Positions 27,501-41,500 of a DNA stretch of 59,273 nt are shown one piece after another. The DNA comes from Utricularia gibba (lineage: Eukaryota > Plantae > Magnoliophyta): NCBI GenBank assembly GCA_002189035.1, contig NEEC01000194.1, forward strand, positions 1-59,273, in the 5' to 3' direction. Position 1 is the first letter of the stretch, and each line of letters starts with the position of its first letter. The translations under genes were made by a program, and so were the position numbers. A model generated the notes under the pieces. That model saw only the letters and a list, made by a program, of their open reading frames with translations. It did not search any database and was not told the DNA's origin.

Positions 27501-29592
27501 CGAGCTACAAATGACTATGGGCCCGAGCTCGACTCGACCTCCTGCTCGATACCGTTGCCCCACGAGAGCCCTTATCAAATATAAAGCATGCGGTTGAGAA
27601 AACCATTTTGGGTGCTCATGAAATCCTAACTTCAATAACTGCATCACGATTTTCGTCGAGTAGGACCCGATGTGGCAAAGGAGTCAGACCGAACCTTGGT
27701 CAGAACGAAGTTCCAAAAGACATCACCCGCCCAGAAACGACAAGCTTTTCCTTGAGAAACCATGTAGGCAGCCTATTAAAACCCAACGTTAATAAATGCA
27801 TCAATTTTTTGCAGGCTACAAATGACTCTGGGCCGAGCTCGACTCGACCTCCTGCCGATACCGTTGCCCCACGAGAGCGCCTCCTCAAATATAAAGCATG
27901 CGGTTGAGAAAAACATTTTGGGTGCTCATGAAATCCTAACTTCAATAACTGCATCACGATTTTCGTCGAGTAGGACCCGATGTGGCAAAGGAGTCAGACC
28001 GAACTTGGTCAGAACGAAGTTCCAAAAGACATCACCCGCCAGAAACGACAAGCTTTTCCTTGAGAACCATGTAGGCAGCCTATTAAAACCCAACGTTAAT
28101 AAATGCATCAATTTTTTTGCAGGCTAAAAATGACTCTGGGCGAGCTCGACTCGACCTGCCGATACCGTGCCCCAAGAGCGCCTCCTCAATATAAAGCATG
28201 CGGTTGAGAAAACATTTTGGGTGCTCATGAAATCCTAACAATAACTGCATCACGATTTTCGTCGAGTAGGACCGATTGGCAAAGGAGACAGACCGAACCT
28301 TGGTCAGAACGAAGTTCACAACGACATCACCCGCCCAAAAACGACAAGCTTTTCCTTGAGAAAACCATTGAGGCAGCCTATTAAAACCAAACGTTAATAA
28401 ATGCATCAAGTTTTTTGCCGAGCTACAAATGACTATGGGCCCGAGCTCGACTCGACCTCCTACTCGATACCGTTGCCCACGAGAGCACCTTATCAAATAT
28501 AAAGCATGCGGTTGAGAAAACCATTTTGGGTGCTCATGAAATCCTAACTTCAATAACTGCATCACGATTTTCGTCGAGTAGGACCCGATGTGGCAAAGGA
28601 GTCAGACCGAACCTTGGTCAGAACGAAGTTCCAAAAGACATCACCCGCCCAGAAACGACAAGCTTTTCCTTGAGAAAACCATGTAGGCAGCCTATTAAAA
28701 CCCAACGTTAATAAATGCATCACTTTTTTGACAGGCTAAAAATGACTCTGGGCGAGCCCGACTCGACCGCCGATACCGTGCCCCACTAGAGCGCTCCTCA
28801 ACTACAAAGCATGCGATTGAAAAAGCATTTTGGGTGCTCATGAAATCCTAACTTCAATAACTGCATCACGATTTTCGTCGAGTAGGACCAGATGTGGCAA
28901 AGGAGTCAGACCGAACCTTGGTCAGAACGAAGTTCACAACGACATCACCCGCCAAAAACGACAAGCTTTTCCTTGAGAAAACCATTGAGGCAGCCTATTA
29001 AAACCAACGTTAATAAAATGCATCAAGTTTTTTTGCCGAGCTACAAATGACTATGGGCCCGAGCTCGACTCGACCTCCTACTCGATACCGTTGCCCCACG
29101 AGAGCACCTTATCAAATATAAAGCATGCGGTTGAGAAAACCATTTTGGGTGCTCATGAAATCCTAACTTCAATAACTGCATCACGATTTTCGTCGAGTAG
29201 GACCCGATGTGGCAAAGGAGAGACCGAACTGGTCAGAACGAAGTTCCAACGACATCACCCGCCCAAACGACAAGCTTTTCCTTGAGAAACCATGTAGGCA
29301 GCCTATTAAAACCAACGTTAATAAATGCATCAATTTTTTTTGCAGGCTACAAATGACTCTGGGCGAGCTCGACTCGACCTCCTGCTCGATACCGTGCCCC
29401 AGAGCGCCTCCTCAAATATAAAGCATGCGGTTGAGAAAACCATTTTGGGTGCTCATGAAATCCTAACTTCAATAACTGCATCACGATTTTCGTCGAGTAG
29501 GACCCGATGTGGCAAAGGAGTCAGACCGAACCTTGGTCAGAACGAAGTTCCAACGATCACCCGGAAAAACGACAAGCTTTTCCTTGAGAAAA
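18523..29592 (+). repeat. Short variable HOR domain: D-B dimer core plus 0-2 A-like monomers (2-4-mers)
   Basis: B marker at 18523, 19136, 20059, 20988, 21909, 22537, 23147, 24073, ~25288, 26212, 27448, 28365, 28982 and 29593, i.e. steps of 2, 3 or 4 monomers. B is usually directly preceded by a D-like monomer. Confidence 0.75.
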
Positions 29593-32500
29593 CCATAGGC
29601 AGCCTATTAAAACCAAACGTTAATAAATGCATCAAGTTTTTTGCCGAGCTACAAATGACTATGGGCCCGAGCTCGACTCGACCTCCTACTCGATACGTTG
29701 CCCCACGAGAGCCCTTATCAATATAAAAGCATGCGGTTGAGAAAACCATTTTGGGTGCTCATGAAATCCTAACTTCAATAACTGCATCACGATTTTCGTC
29801 GAGTAGGACCGATGTGGCAAAGGAGTCAGACCGAACCTTGGTCAGAACGAAGTTCCAACGACATCACCGCCAAAAACGACAAGCTTTTCCTTGAGAAACA
29901 ATGTAGGCAGCTATTAAAAACGTTAATAAATGCATCAAGTTTTTTGCCGAGCTACAAATGACTATGGGCCCGAGCTCGACTCGACCTGCTCGATACCGTT
30001 GCCCCACGAGAGCGCCTCCTCAAATATAAAGCATGCGGTTGAGAAAACCATTTTGGGTGCTCATGAATCCTAACTTCAATAACTGCATCACGATTTTCGT
30101 CGAGTAGGACCCGATGTGGCAAAGGAGTCAGACAGAACCTTGGGTCAGAACGAAGTTCCAACGACATCACCCGCCAGAAACGACAAGCTTTTCCTTGAGA
30201 AACTATGTAGGCAGCCTAATAAAGCCAACGTTAATAAATGCATCAATTTTTTTTGCCGGGCTACAAATGACTCTGGGCCCGAGCTCGACTCGACCTCCTG
30301 CTCGATACCGTTGCCCCACGAGAGTGCCTTATCAAATATAAAGCATGCGGTTGAGAAAACCATTTTGGGTGCTCATGAATCCTAACTTCAATAACTGCAT
30401 CACGATTTTCGTCGAGTAGGACCCGATGTGGCAAAGGAGTCAGACCGAACCTTGGTCAGAACGAAGTTCCAAAAGACATCACCCGCCCAGAAACGACAAG
30501 CTTTTCCTTGAGAAACTATGTAGGCAGCCTAATAAACCGAACGTTAATAAATGCATCAATTTTTTTGCCGGGCTACAAATGACTCTGGGCCGAGCTCGAC
30601 TCGACCTCCTGCTCGATACCGTTGCCCCACGAGAGCCTTATCAAATATAAAGCATGCGGTTGAGAAAACCATTTTGGGTGCTCATGAAATCCTAACTTCA
30701 ATAACTGCATCACGATTTTCGTCGAGTAGGACCCGATGTGGCAAAGGAGTCAGACCGAACCTTGGTCAGAACGAAGTTCCAAAGACATCACCCGCCCAGA
30801 AACGACAAGCTTTTCCTTGAGAAACCATGTAGGCAGCCTATTAAAACCAACGTTAATAAATGCATCATTTTTTTGCAGGCTAAAAAATGACTCTGGGCGA
30901 GCCGACTCGACCTGCCGATACCGTTGCCCCACGAGAGCGCCTCCTCAACTACAAAGCATGCGATTGAGAAAACATTTTGGGTGCTCATGAAATCCTAACT
31001 TCAATAACTGCATCACGATTTTCGTCGAGTAGGACCAGATTGGCAAAGGAGACAGACCGAACCTTGGGTCAGAACGAAGTTCACAACGACATCACCCGCC
31101 CAAAAACGACAAGCTTTTCCTTGAGAAAACCATTGAGGCAGCCTATTAAAACCAACGTTAATAAATGCATCAAGTTTTTTGCCGAGCTACAAATGACTAT
31201 GGGCCCGAGCTCGACTCGACCTCCTACTCGATACCGTTGCCCCACGAGAGCACCTTATCAAATATAAAGCATGCGGTTGAGAAAACCATTTTGGGTGCTC
31301 ATGAAATCCTAACTTCAATAACTGCATCACGATTTTCGTCGAGTAGGACCCGATGTGGCAAAGGAGTCAGACCGAACCTATGGTCAGAACGAAGTTCCAA
31401 AAGACATCACCCGCCCAGAAACGACAAGCTTTTCCTTGAGAAACCATGTAGGCAGCCTATTAAAACCAACGTTAATAAATGCATCAATTTTTTTGCAGGC
31501 TAAAAATGACTCTGGGCGAGCTCGACTCGACCTTTTGCCCGATACCGTGCCCACTAGAGCGCCTCCTCAAATATAAAGCATGCGGTTGAGAAAACATTTT
31601 GGGTGCTCATGAAATCCTAACTTCAATAACTGCATCACGATTTTCGTCGAGTAGGACCAGATTGGCAAAGGAGTCAGACCGAACCTTGGGTCAGAACGAA
31701 GTTCACAACGACATCACCCGCCCAAAAACGACAAGCTTTTCCTTGAGAAAACCATTGAGGCAGCCTATTAAAACCAACGTTAATAAATGCATCAAGTTTT
31801 TTGCCGAGCTACAAATGACTATGGGCCCGAGCTCGACTCGACCTCCTGCTCGATACCGTTGCCCCACGAGAGCACCTTATCAAATATAAAGCATGCGGTT
31901 GAGAAAACCATTTTGGGTGCTCATGAAATCCTAACTTCAATAACTGCATCACGATTTTCGTCGAGTAGGACCCGATGTGGCAAAGGAGTCAGACCGAACC
32001 TTGGTCAGAACGAAGTTCACAACGACACCCGCCCAAAAAACGACAAGCTTTTCCTTGAGAAAACAATGTAGGCTATTAAAACCAACGTTAATAAATGCAT
32101 CAAGTTTTTTGCCGAGCTACAAATGACTATGGGCCCGAGCTCGACTCGACCTCCTGCTCGATACCGTTGCCCCACGAGAGCGCTCCTCAAATATAAAGCA
32201 TGCGGTTGAGAAAACCATTTTGGGTGCTCATGAATCCTAACTTCAATAACTGCATCACGATTTTCGTCGAGTAGGACCCGATGTGGCAAAGGAGTCAGAC
32301 AGAACCTTGGGTCAGAACGAAGTTCCCAACGACATCACCCGCCAGAAACGACAAGCTTTTCCTTGAGAAACTATGTAGGCAGCCTATAAAACCGAACGTT
32401 AATAAATGCATCAATTTTTTTGCCGGGCTACAAATGACTCTGGCCCGAGCTCGACTCGACCTCCTGCTCGATACCGTTGCCCCACGAGAGTGCCTTATCA

Positions 32501-35500
32501 AATATAAAGCATGCGGTTGAGAAAACCATTTTGGGTGCTCATGAATCCTAACTTCAATAACTGCATCACGATTTTCGTCGAGTAGGACCCGATGTGGCAA
32601 AGGAGTCAGACCGAACCTTGGTCAGAACGAAGTTCCAAAGACATCACCCGCCCAGAAACGACAAGCTTTTCCTTGAGAAACTATGTAGGCAGCCTAATAA
32701 AGCCCGTTAATAAATGCATCAATTTTTTTGCCGGGCTACAAATGACTCTGGGCCGAGCTCGACTCGACCTCCTGCTCGATACCGTTGCCCCACGAGAGCG
32801 CCTTATCAAATATAAAGCATGCGGTTGAGAAAACCATTTTGGGTGCTCATGAATCCTAACTTCAATAACTGCATCACGATTTTCGTCGAGTAGGACCCGA
32901 TGTGGCAAAGGAGTCAGACCGAACCTTGGTCAGAACGAAGTTCCAAAAGACATCACCCGCCCAGAAACGACAAGCTTTTCCTTGAGAAACCATGTAGGCA
33001 GCCTATTAAAACCCAACGTTAATAAATGCATCAATTTTTTTGCAGGCTAAAAATGACTCTGGGCCGAGCGACTCGACCTTTTGCCGATACCGTTGCCCCA
33101 CTAGAGCGCCTCCTCAAATAAAGCATGCGGTTGAGAAAACATTTTGGGTGCTCATGAAATCCTAACTTCAATAACTGCATCACGATTTTCGTCGAGTAGG
33201 ACCAGATTTGGCAAAGGAGTCAGACCGAACCTTGGTCAGAACGAAGTTCACAACGACATCACCCGCCCAAAAACGACAAGCTTTTCCTTGAGAAAACCAT
33301 TGAGGCAGCCTATTAAAACCAACGTTAATAAATGCATCAAGTTTTTTGCCGAGCTACAAATGACTATGGGCCCGAGCTCGACTCGACCTCCTACTCGATA
33401 CCGTTGCCCCACGAGAGCACCTTATCAAATATAAAGCATGCGGTTGAGAAAACCATTTTGGGTGCTCATGAAATCCTAACTTCAATAACTGCATCACGAT
33501 TTTCGTCGAGTAGGACCCGATGTGGCAAAGGAGACAGACCGAACCTTGGGTCAGAACGAAGTTCACAACGACATCACCCGCCCAAAACGACAAGCTTTTC
33601 CTTGAGAAACATGTAGGCGCTATTAAAACCCAACGTTAATAAATGCATCAAGTTTTTTGCCGAGCTACAAATGACTATGGGCCGAGCTCGACTCGACCTC
33701 CTGCTCGATACCGTTGCCCCACGAGCGCCTCCTCAAATATAAAGCATGCGGTTGAGAAAACCATTTTGGGTGCTCATGAATCCTAACTTCAATAACTGCA
33801 TCACGATTTTCGTCGAGTAGGACCCGATGTGGCAAAGGAGTCAGACCGAACCTTGGTCAGAACGAAGTTCCAAAAGACATCACCCGCCCAGAAAACGACA
33901 AGCTTTTCCTTGAGAAACTATGTAGGCAGCCTATAAAACCAACGTTAATAAATGCATCAATTTTTTTGCCGGCTACAAATGACTCTGGGCCGAGCTCGAC
34001 TCGACCTCCTGCTCGATACCGTTGCCCCACGAGAGCGCCTTATCAAATATAAAGCATGCGGTTGAGAAAACCATTTTGGGTGCTCATGAATCCTAACTTC
34101 AATAACTGCATCACGATTTTCGTCGAGTAGGACCCGATGTGGCAAAGGAGTCAGACCGAACCTTGGTCAGAACGAAGTTCCAAAACGACATCACCCGCCC
34201 AGAAACGACAAGCTTTTCCTTGAGAAACTATGTAGGCAGCCTAATAAAACCAACGTTAATAAATGCATCAATTTTTTTGCCGGGCTACAAATGACTCTGG
34301 GCCGAGCTCGACTCGACCTCTTCGATACCGTTGCCCCACGAGAGCCTCCTCAAATATAAAGCATGCGGTTGAGAAAACCATTTTGGGTGCTCATGAATCC
34401 TAACTTCAATAACTGCATCACGATTTTCGTCGAGTAGGACCAGATTGGCAAAGGAGTCAGACCGAACCTTGGGTCAGAACGAAGTTCACAACGACATCAC
34501 CCGCCAAAAACGACAAGCTTTTCCTTGAGAAAACCATGTAGGCAGCCTATTAAAACCAAACGTTAATAAATGCATCAAGTTTTTTGCCGAGCTACAAATG
34601 ACTATGGGCCCGAGCTCGACTCGACCTCCTGCTCGATACCGTTGCCCCACGAGAGCGCCTTATCAAATATAAAGCATGCGGTTGAGAAAACCATTTTGGG
34701 TGCTCATGAATCCTAACTTCAATAACTGCATCACGATTTTCGTCGAGTAGGACCCGATGGCAAAGGAGTCAGACCGAACCTTGGTCAGAACGAAGTTCCA
34801 ACGACATCACCCGCCAGAAACGACAAGCTTTTCCTTGAGAAACTATGTAGGCAGCCTAATAAAGCCGAACGTTAATAAATGCATCAATTTTTTGCGGGCT
34901 ACAAATGACTCTGGGCCCGAGCTCGACTCGACCTCCTGCTCGATACCGTTGCCCCACGAGAGCGCCTCCTCAAATATAAAGCATGCGGTTGAGAAAACCA
35001 TTTTGGGTGCTCATGAAATCCTAACTTCAATAACTGCATCACGATTTTCGTCGAGTAGGACCGATGTGGCAAAGGAGACAGACCGAACCTTGGGTCAGAA
35101 CGAAGTTCACAACGACATCACCCGCCCAAAACGACAAGCTTTTCCTTGAGAAAACAATGTAGGCAGCTATTAAAACCAACGTTAATAATGCATCAAGTTT
35201 TTTGCCGAGCTACAAATGACTATGGGCCCGAGCTCGACTCGACCTCCTGCTCGATACCGTTGCCCCACGAGAGCGCCTCCTCAAATATAAAGCATGCGGT
35301 TGAGAAAACCATTTTGGGTGCTCATGAAATCCTAACTTCAATAACTGCATCACGATTTTCGTCGAGTAGGACCCGATGTGGCAAAGGAGTCAGACGAACC
35401 TTGGGTCAGAACGAAGTTCCAACGACATCACCCGCCAGAAACGACAAGCTTTTCCTTGAGAAACTATGTAGGCAGCCTAATAAAGCCAACGTTAATAAAT

Positions 35501-38500
35501 GCATCAATTTTTTTTGCCGGCTACAAATGACTATGGGCCCGAGCTCGACTCGACCTCTGCTCGATACCGTTGCCCCACGAGAGCGCCTTATCAAATATAA
35601 AGCATGCGGTTGAGAAAACCATTTTGGGTGCTCATGAATCCTAACTTCAATAACTGCATCACGATTTTCGTCGAGTAGGACCCGATGTGGCAAAGGAGTC
35701 AGACCGAACCTTGGTCAGAACGAAGTTCCAAAAGACATCACCCGCCCAGAAACGACAAGCTTTTCCTTGAGAAACCATGTAGGCAGCCTATTAAAACCAA
35801 CGTTAATAAATGCATCAATTTTTTTGCCGGGCTACAAATGACTATGGGCCGAGCTCGACTCGACCTCCCCGATACCGTTGCCCCACGAGAGCCCTCAATA
35901 TAAAGCATGCGGTTGAGAAAACATTTTGGGTGCTCATGAATCCTAACTTCAATAACTGCATCACGATTTTCGTCGAGTAGGACCGATCAAAGGAGTCAGA
36001 CGAACCTTGGTCCGAAGTTCACAAAACATCACCCGCCCAAAACGACAAGCTTTTCCTTGAGAAAACCATTTAGGCAGCTATTAAAACCAACGTTAATAAA
36101 TGCATCAAGTTTTTTGCCGAGCTACAAATGACTATGGGCCCGAGCTCGACTCGACCTCCTGCTCGATACCGTTGCCCCACGAGAGCGCCTTATCAAATAT
36201 AAAGCATGCGGTTGAGAAAACCATTTTGGGTGCTCATGAATCCTAACTTCAATAACTGCATCACGATTTTCGTCGAGTAGGACCCGATGTGGCAAAGGAG
36301 TCAGACCGAACCTTGGGTCAGAACGAAGTTCCAACGACATCACCCGCCCAGAAACGACAAGCTTTTCCTTGAGAAACTATGTAGGCAGCCTAAAAACCAA
36401 CGTTAATAAATGCATCAATTTTTTTGCGGCTACAAATGACTCTGGGCCCGAGCTCGACTCGACCTCCTGCTCGATACCGTTGCCCCACGAGAGCGCCTTA
36501 TCAAATATAAAGCATGCGGTTGAGAAAACCATTTTGGGTGCTCATGAAATCCTAACTTCAATAACTGCATCACGATTTTCGTCGAGTAGGACCCGATGTG
36601 GCAAAGGAGTCAGACCGAACCTTGGGTCAGAACGAAGTTCAAAAGACATCACCCGCCCAAAACGACAAGCTTTTCCTTGAGAAACCATGTAGGCGCTATT
36701 AAAACCCAACGTTAATAAATGCATCATTTTTTGCCGGCTACAAATGACTATGGGCCCGAGCTCGACTCGACCTCCTGCTCGATACCGTTGCCCCACGAGA
36801 GCGCCTCCTCAATATAAAGCATGCGTTGAGAAAACCATTTTGGGTGCTCATGAATCCTAACTTCAATAACTGCATCACGATTTTCGTCGAGTAGGACCCG
36901 ATTGGCAAAGGAGTCAGACCGAACCTTGGGTCAGAACGAAGTTCCCAACGACATCACCCGCCAAAACGACAAGCTTTTCCTTGAGAAACCATGTAGGCAG
37001 CCTATTAAAACCAACGTTAATAAATGCATCAATTTTTTGCCGGCTACAAATGACTATGGGCCCGAGCTCGACTCGACCTCCTGCTCGATACCGTTGCCCC
37101 ACGAGAGCGCCTTATCAAATAAAAGCATGCGGTTGAGAAAACCATTTTGGGTGCTCATGAATCCTAACTTCAATAACTGCATCACGATTTTCGTCGAGTA
37201 GGACCCGATGTGGCAAAGGAGTCAGACCGAACCTTGGTCAGAACGAAGTTCCAAAAGACATCACCCGCCCAGAAACGACAAGCTTTTCCTTGAGAAACTA
37301 TGTAGGCAGCCTATAAAACCAACGTTAATAAATGCATCAATTTTTTTGCCGGGCTACAAATGACTCTGGGCCGAGCTCGACTCGACCTCTCCGATACCGT
37401 TGCCCCACAGAGCCTCCTCAAATATAAAGCATGCGGTTGAGAAAACCATTTTGGGTGCTCATGAATCCTAACTTCAATAACTGCATCACGATTTTCGTCG
37501 AGTAGGACCGATTTGGCAAAGGAGTCAGACCGAACCTTGGTCAGAACGAAGTTCACAACGACATCACCCGCCCAAAAACGACAAGCTTTTCCTTGAGAAA
37601 CCATTTAGGCAGCCTATTAAAACCAACGTTAATAAATGCATCAAGTTTTTTGCCGAGCTACAAATGACTATGGGCCCGAGCTCGACTCGACCTCCTGCTC
37701 GATACCGTTGCCCCACGAGAGCGCCTTATCAAATATAAAGCATGCGGTTGAGAAAACCATTTTGGGTGCTCATGAATCCTAACTTCAATAACTGCATCAC
37801 GATTTTCGTCGAGTAGGACCCGATGTGGCAAAGGAGTCAGACCGAACCTTGGTCAGAACGAAGTTCCCAACGACATCACCCGCCCAGAAACGACAAGCTT
37901 TTCCTTGAGAAACTATGTAGGCAGCCTAATAAAGCCGAACGTTAATAAATGCATCAATTTTTTGCGGGCTACAAATGACTCTGGGCCCGAGCTCGACTCG
38001 ACCTCCTTCGATACCGTTGCCCCACGAGAGCGCCTTCAAATATAAAGCATGCGGTTGAGAAAACCATTTTGGGTGCTCATGAAATCCTAACTTCAATAAC
38101 TGCATCACGATTTTCGTCGAGTAGGACCCGATGTGGCAAAGGCAGACCGAACCTTGGTCAGAACGAAGTTCACAACGACATCACCCGCCCAAAACGACAA
38201 GCTTTTCCTTGAGAAACAATGTAGGCAGCTATTAAAACCCAACGTTAATAAATGCATCAAGTTTTTTGCCGAGCTACAAATGACTATGGGCCCGAGCTCG
38301 ACTCGACCTCCTGCTCGATACCGTTGCCCCACGAGAGCGCCTCCTCAAATATAAAGCATGCGGTTGAGAAAACCATTTTGGGTGCTCATGAAATCCTAAC
38401 TTCAATAACTGCATCACGATTTTCGTCGAGTAGGACCCGATGTGGCAAAGGAGTCAGACCGAACCTTGGGTCAGAACGAAGTTCCAACGACATCACCGCG

Positions 38501-41500
38501 CAGAAACGACAAGCTTTTCCTTGAGAAACTATGTAGGCAGCCTAATAAAGCCGAACGTTAATAAATGCATCAATTTTTTTTGCCGGGCTACAAATGACTC
38601 TGGGCCGAGCTCGACTCGACCTCCTGCTCGATACCGTTGCCCACGAGAGTGCCTTATCAAATATAAAGCATGCGGTTGAGAAAACCATTTTGGGTGCTCA
38701 TGATATCCTAACTTCAATAACTGCATCACGATTTTCGTCGAGTAGGACCCGATGTGGCAAAGGAGTCAGACCGAACCTATGGTCAGAACGAAGTTCCAAA
38801 AGACATCACCCGCCCAGAAAACGACAAGCTTTTCCTTGAGAAACCATGTAGGCAGCCTATTAAAACCAACGTTAATAAATGCATCAATTTTTTGCCGGGC
38901 TACAAATGACTCTGGGCCGAGCTCGACTCGACCTCCTCCCGATACCGTTGCCCACTACAGAGCCTCCTCAAATATAAAGCATGCGATTGAGAAAACCATT
39001 TTGGGTGCTCATGAATCCTAACTTCAATAACTGCATCACGATTTTCGTCGAGTAGGACCAGATTGGCAAGGAGTCAGACCGAACCTTGGGTCAGAAACGA
39101 AGTTCACAACGACATCACCCGCCAAAAACGACAAGCTTTTCCTTGAGAAAACCATTAGGCAGCCTATTAAAACCAACGTTAATAAATGCATCAAGTTTTT
39201 TTGCCGAGCTACAAATGACTATGGGCCCGAGCTCGACTCGACCTCCTGCTCGATACCGTTGCCCCACGAGAGCCTTATCAAATATAAAGCATGCGGTTGA
39301 GAAAACCATTTTGGGTGCTCATGAATCCTAACTTCAATAACTGCATCACGATTTTCGTCGAGTAGGACCCGATGTGGCAAAGGAGTCAGACCGAACCTGG
39401 GTCAGAACGAAGTTCCAACGACATCACCCGCCAGAAACGACAAGCTTTTCCTTGAGAAACTATGTAGGCAGCCTAATAAACCGAACGTTAATAAATGCAT
39501 CAATTTTTTGCCGGGCTACAAATGACTCTGGGCCCGAGCTCGACTCGACCTCCTGCTCGATACCGTTGCCCCACGAGAGCGCCTCCTCAAATATAAAGCA
39601 TGCGGTTGAGAAAACCATTTTGGGTGCTCATGAAATCCTAACTTCAATAACTGCATCACGATTTTCGTCGAGTAGGACCGATGTGGCAAAGGAGACAGAC
39701 CGAACCTTGGGTCAGAACGAAGTTCACAACGAAGAAAAACGACAAGCTTTTCCTTGAGAAAACAATGTAGGCAGCTATTAAAACCCAACGTTAATAATGC
39801 ATCAAGTTTTTTGCCGAGCTACAAATGACTATGGGCCGAGCTCGACTCGACCTCCTGCTCGATACCGTTGCCCCACGAGAGCGCCTCCTCAAATATAAAG
39901 CATGCGGTTGAGAAAACCATTTTGGGTGCTCATGAATCCTAACTTCAATAACTGCATCACGATTTTCGTCGAGTAGGACCCGATGTGGCAAAGGAGTCAG
40001 ACCGAACCTTGGGTCAGAACGAAGTTCCAACGACATCACCCGCCAGAAACGACAAGCTTTTCCTTGAGAAACTATGTAGGCAGCCTAATAAAACCGAACG
40101 TTAATAAATGCATCAATTTTTTTTTGCCGGGCTACAAATGACTCTGGGCCCGAGCTCGACTCGACCTCCTGCTCGATACCGTTGCCCCACGAGAGGCCTT
40201 ATCAAATATAAAGCATGCGGTTGAGAAAACCATTTTGGGTGCTCATGAATCCTAACTTCAATAACTGCATCACGATTTTCGTCGAGTAGGACCCGATGTG
40301 GCAAAGGAGTCAGACCGAACCTTGGTCAGAACGAAGTTCCAAAAGACATCACCCGCCCAGAAACGACAAGCTTTTCCTTGAGAAACCATGTAGGCAGCCT
40401 ATTAAAACCGAACGTTAATAAATGCATCAATTTTTTTGCCGGGCTACAAATGACTCTGGGCCGAGCTCGACTCGACCTCCTGCTCGATACCGTTGCCCCA
40501 CGAGAGCGCCTTATCAAATATAAAGCATGCGGTTGAGAAAACCATTTTGGGTGCTCATGAATCCTAACTTCAATAACTGCATCACGATTTTCGTCGAGTA
40601 GGACCCGATGTGGCAAAGGAGTCAGACCGAACCTTGGTCAGAACGAAGTTCCAAAAGACATCACCCGCCCAGAAACGACAAGCTTTTCCTTGAGAAAACC
40701 ATGTAGGCAGCCTATAAAACCAACGTTAATAAATGCATCAATTTTTTTGCCGGGCTACAAATGACTCTGGGCCGCTCGACTCGACCTCTTGCCGATACCG
40801 TTGCCCCACTAGAGAGCCTCCTCAAATATAAGCATGCGGTTGAGAAAACCATTTTGGGTGCTCATGAATCCTAACTTCAATAACTGCATCACGATTTTCG
40901 TCGAGTAGGACCAGATTTGGCAAAGGAGTCAGACCGAACCTTGGGTCAGAACGAAGTTCACAACGACATCACCCGCCCAAAACGACAAGCTTTTCCTTGA
41001 GAAAACCATTTAGGCAGCCTATTAAAACCAACGTTAATAAATGCATCAAGTTTTTTGCCGAGCTACAAATGACTATGGGCCCGAGCTCGACTCGACCTCC
41101 TGCTCGATACCGTTGCCCCACGAGAGTGCCTTATCAAATATAAAGCATGCGGTTGAGAAAACCATTTTGGGTGCTCATGAAATCCTAACTTCAATAACTG
41201 CATCACGATTTTCGTCGAGTAGGACCCGATGTGGCAAAGGAGTCAGACCGAACCTATGGTCAGAACGAAGTTCCAAAAGACATCACCCGCCCAGAAACGA
41301 CAAGCTTTTCCTTGAGAAACTATGTAGGCAGCCTATAAACCGAACGTTAATAAATGCATCAATTTTTTTTGCCGGCTACAAATGACTCTGGGCCGAGCTC
41401 GACTCGACCTCTTCCGATACCGTTGCCCCACGAGAGCCTTCAAATATAAAGCATGCGATTGAGAAAACCATTTTGGGTGCTCATGAAATCCTAACTTCAA

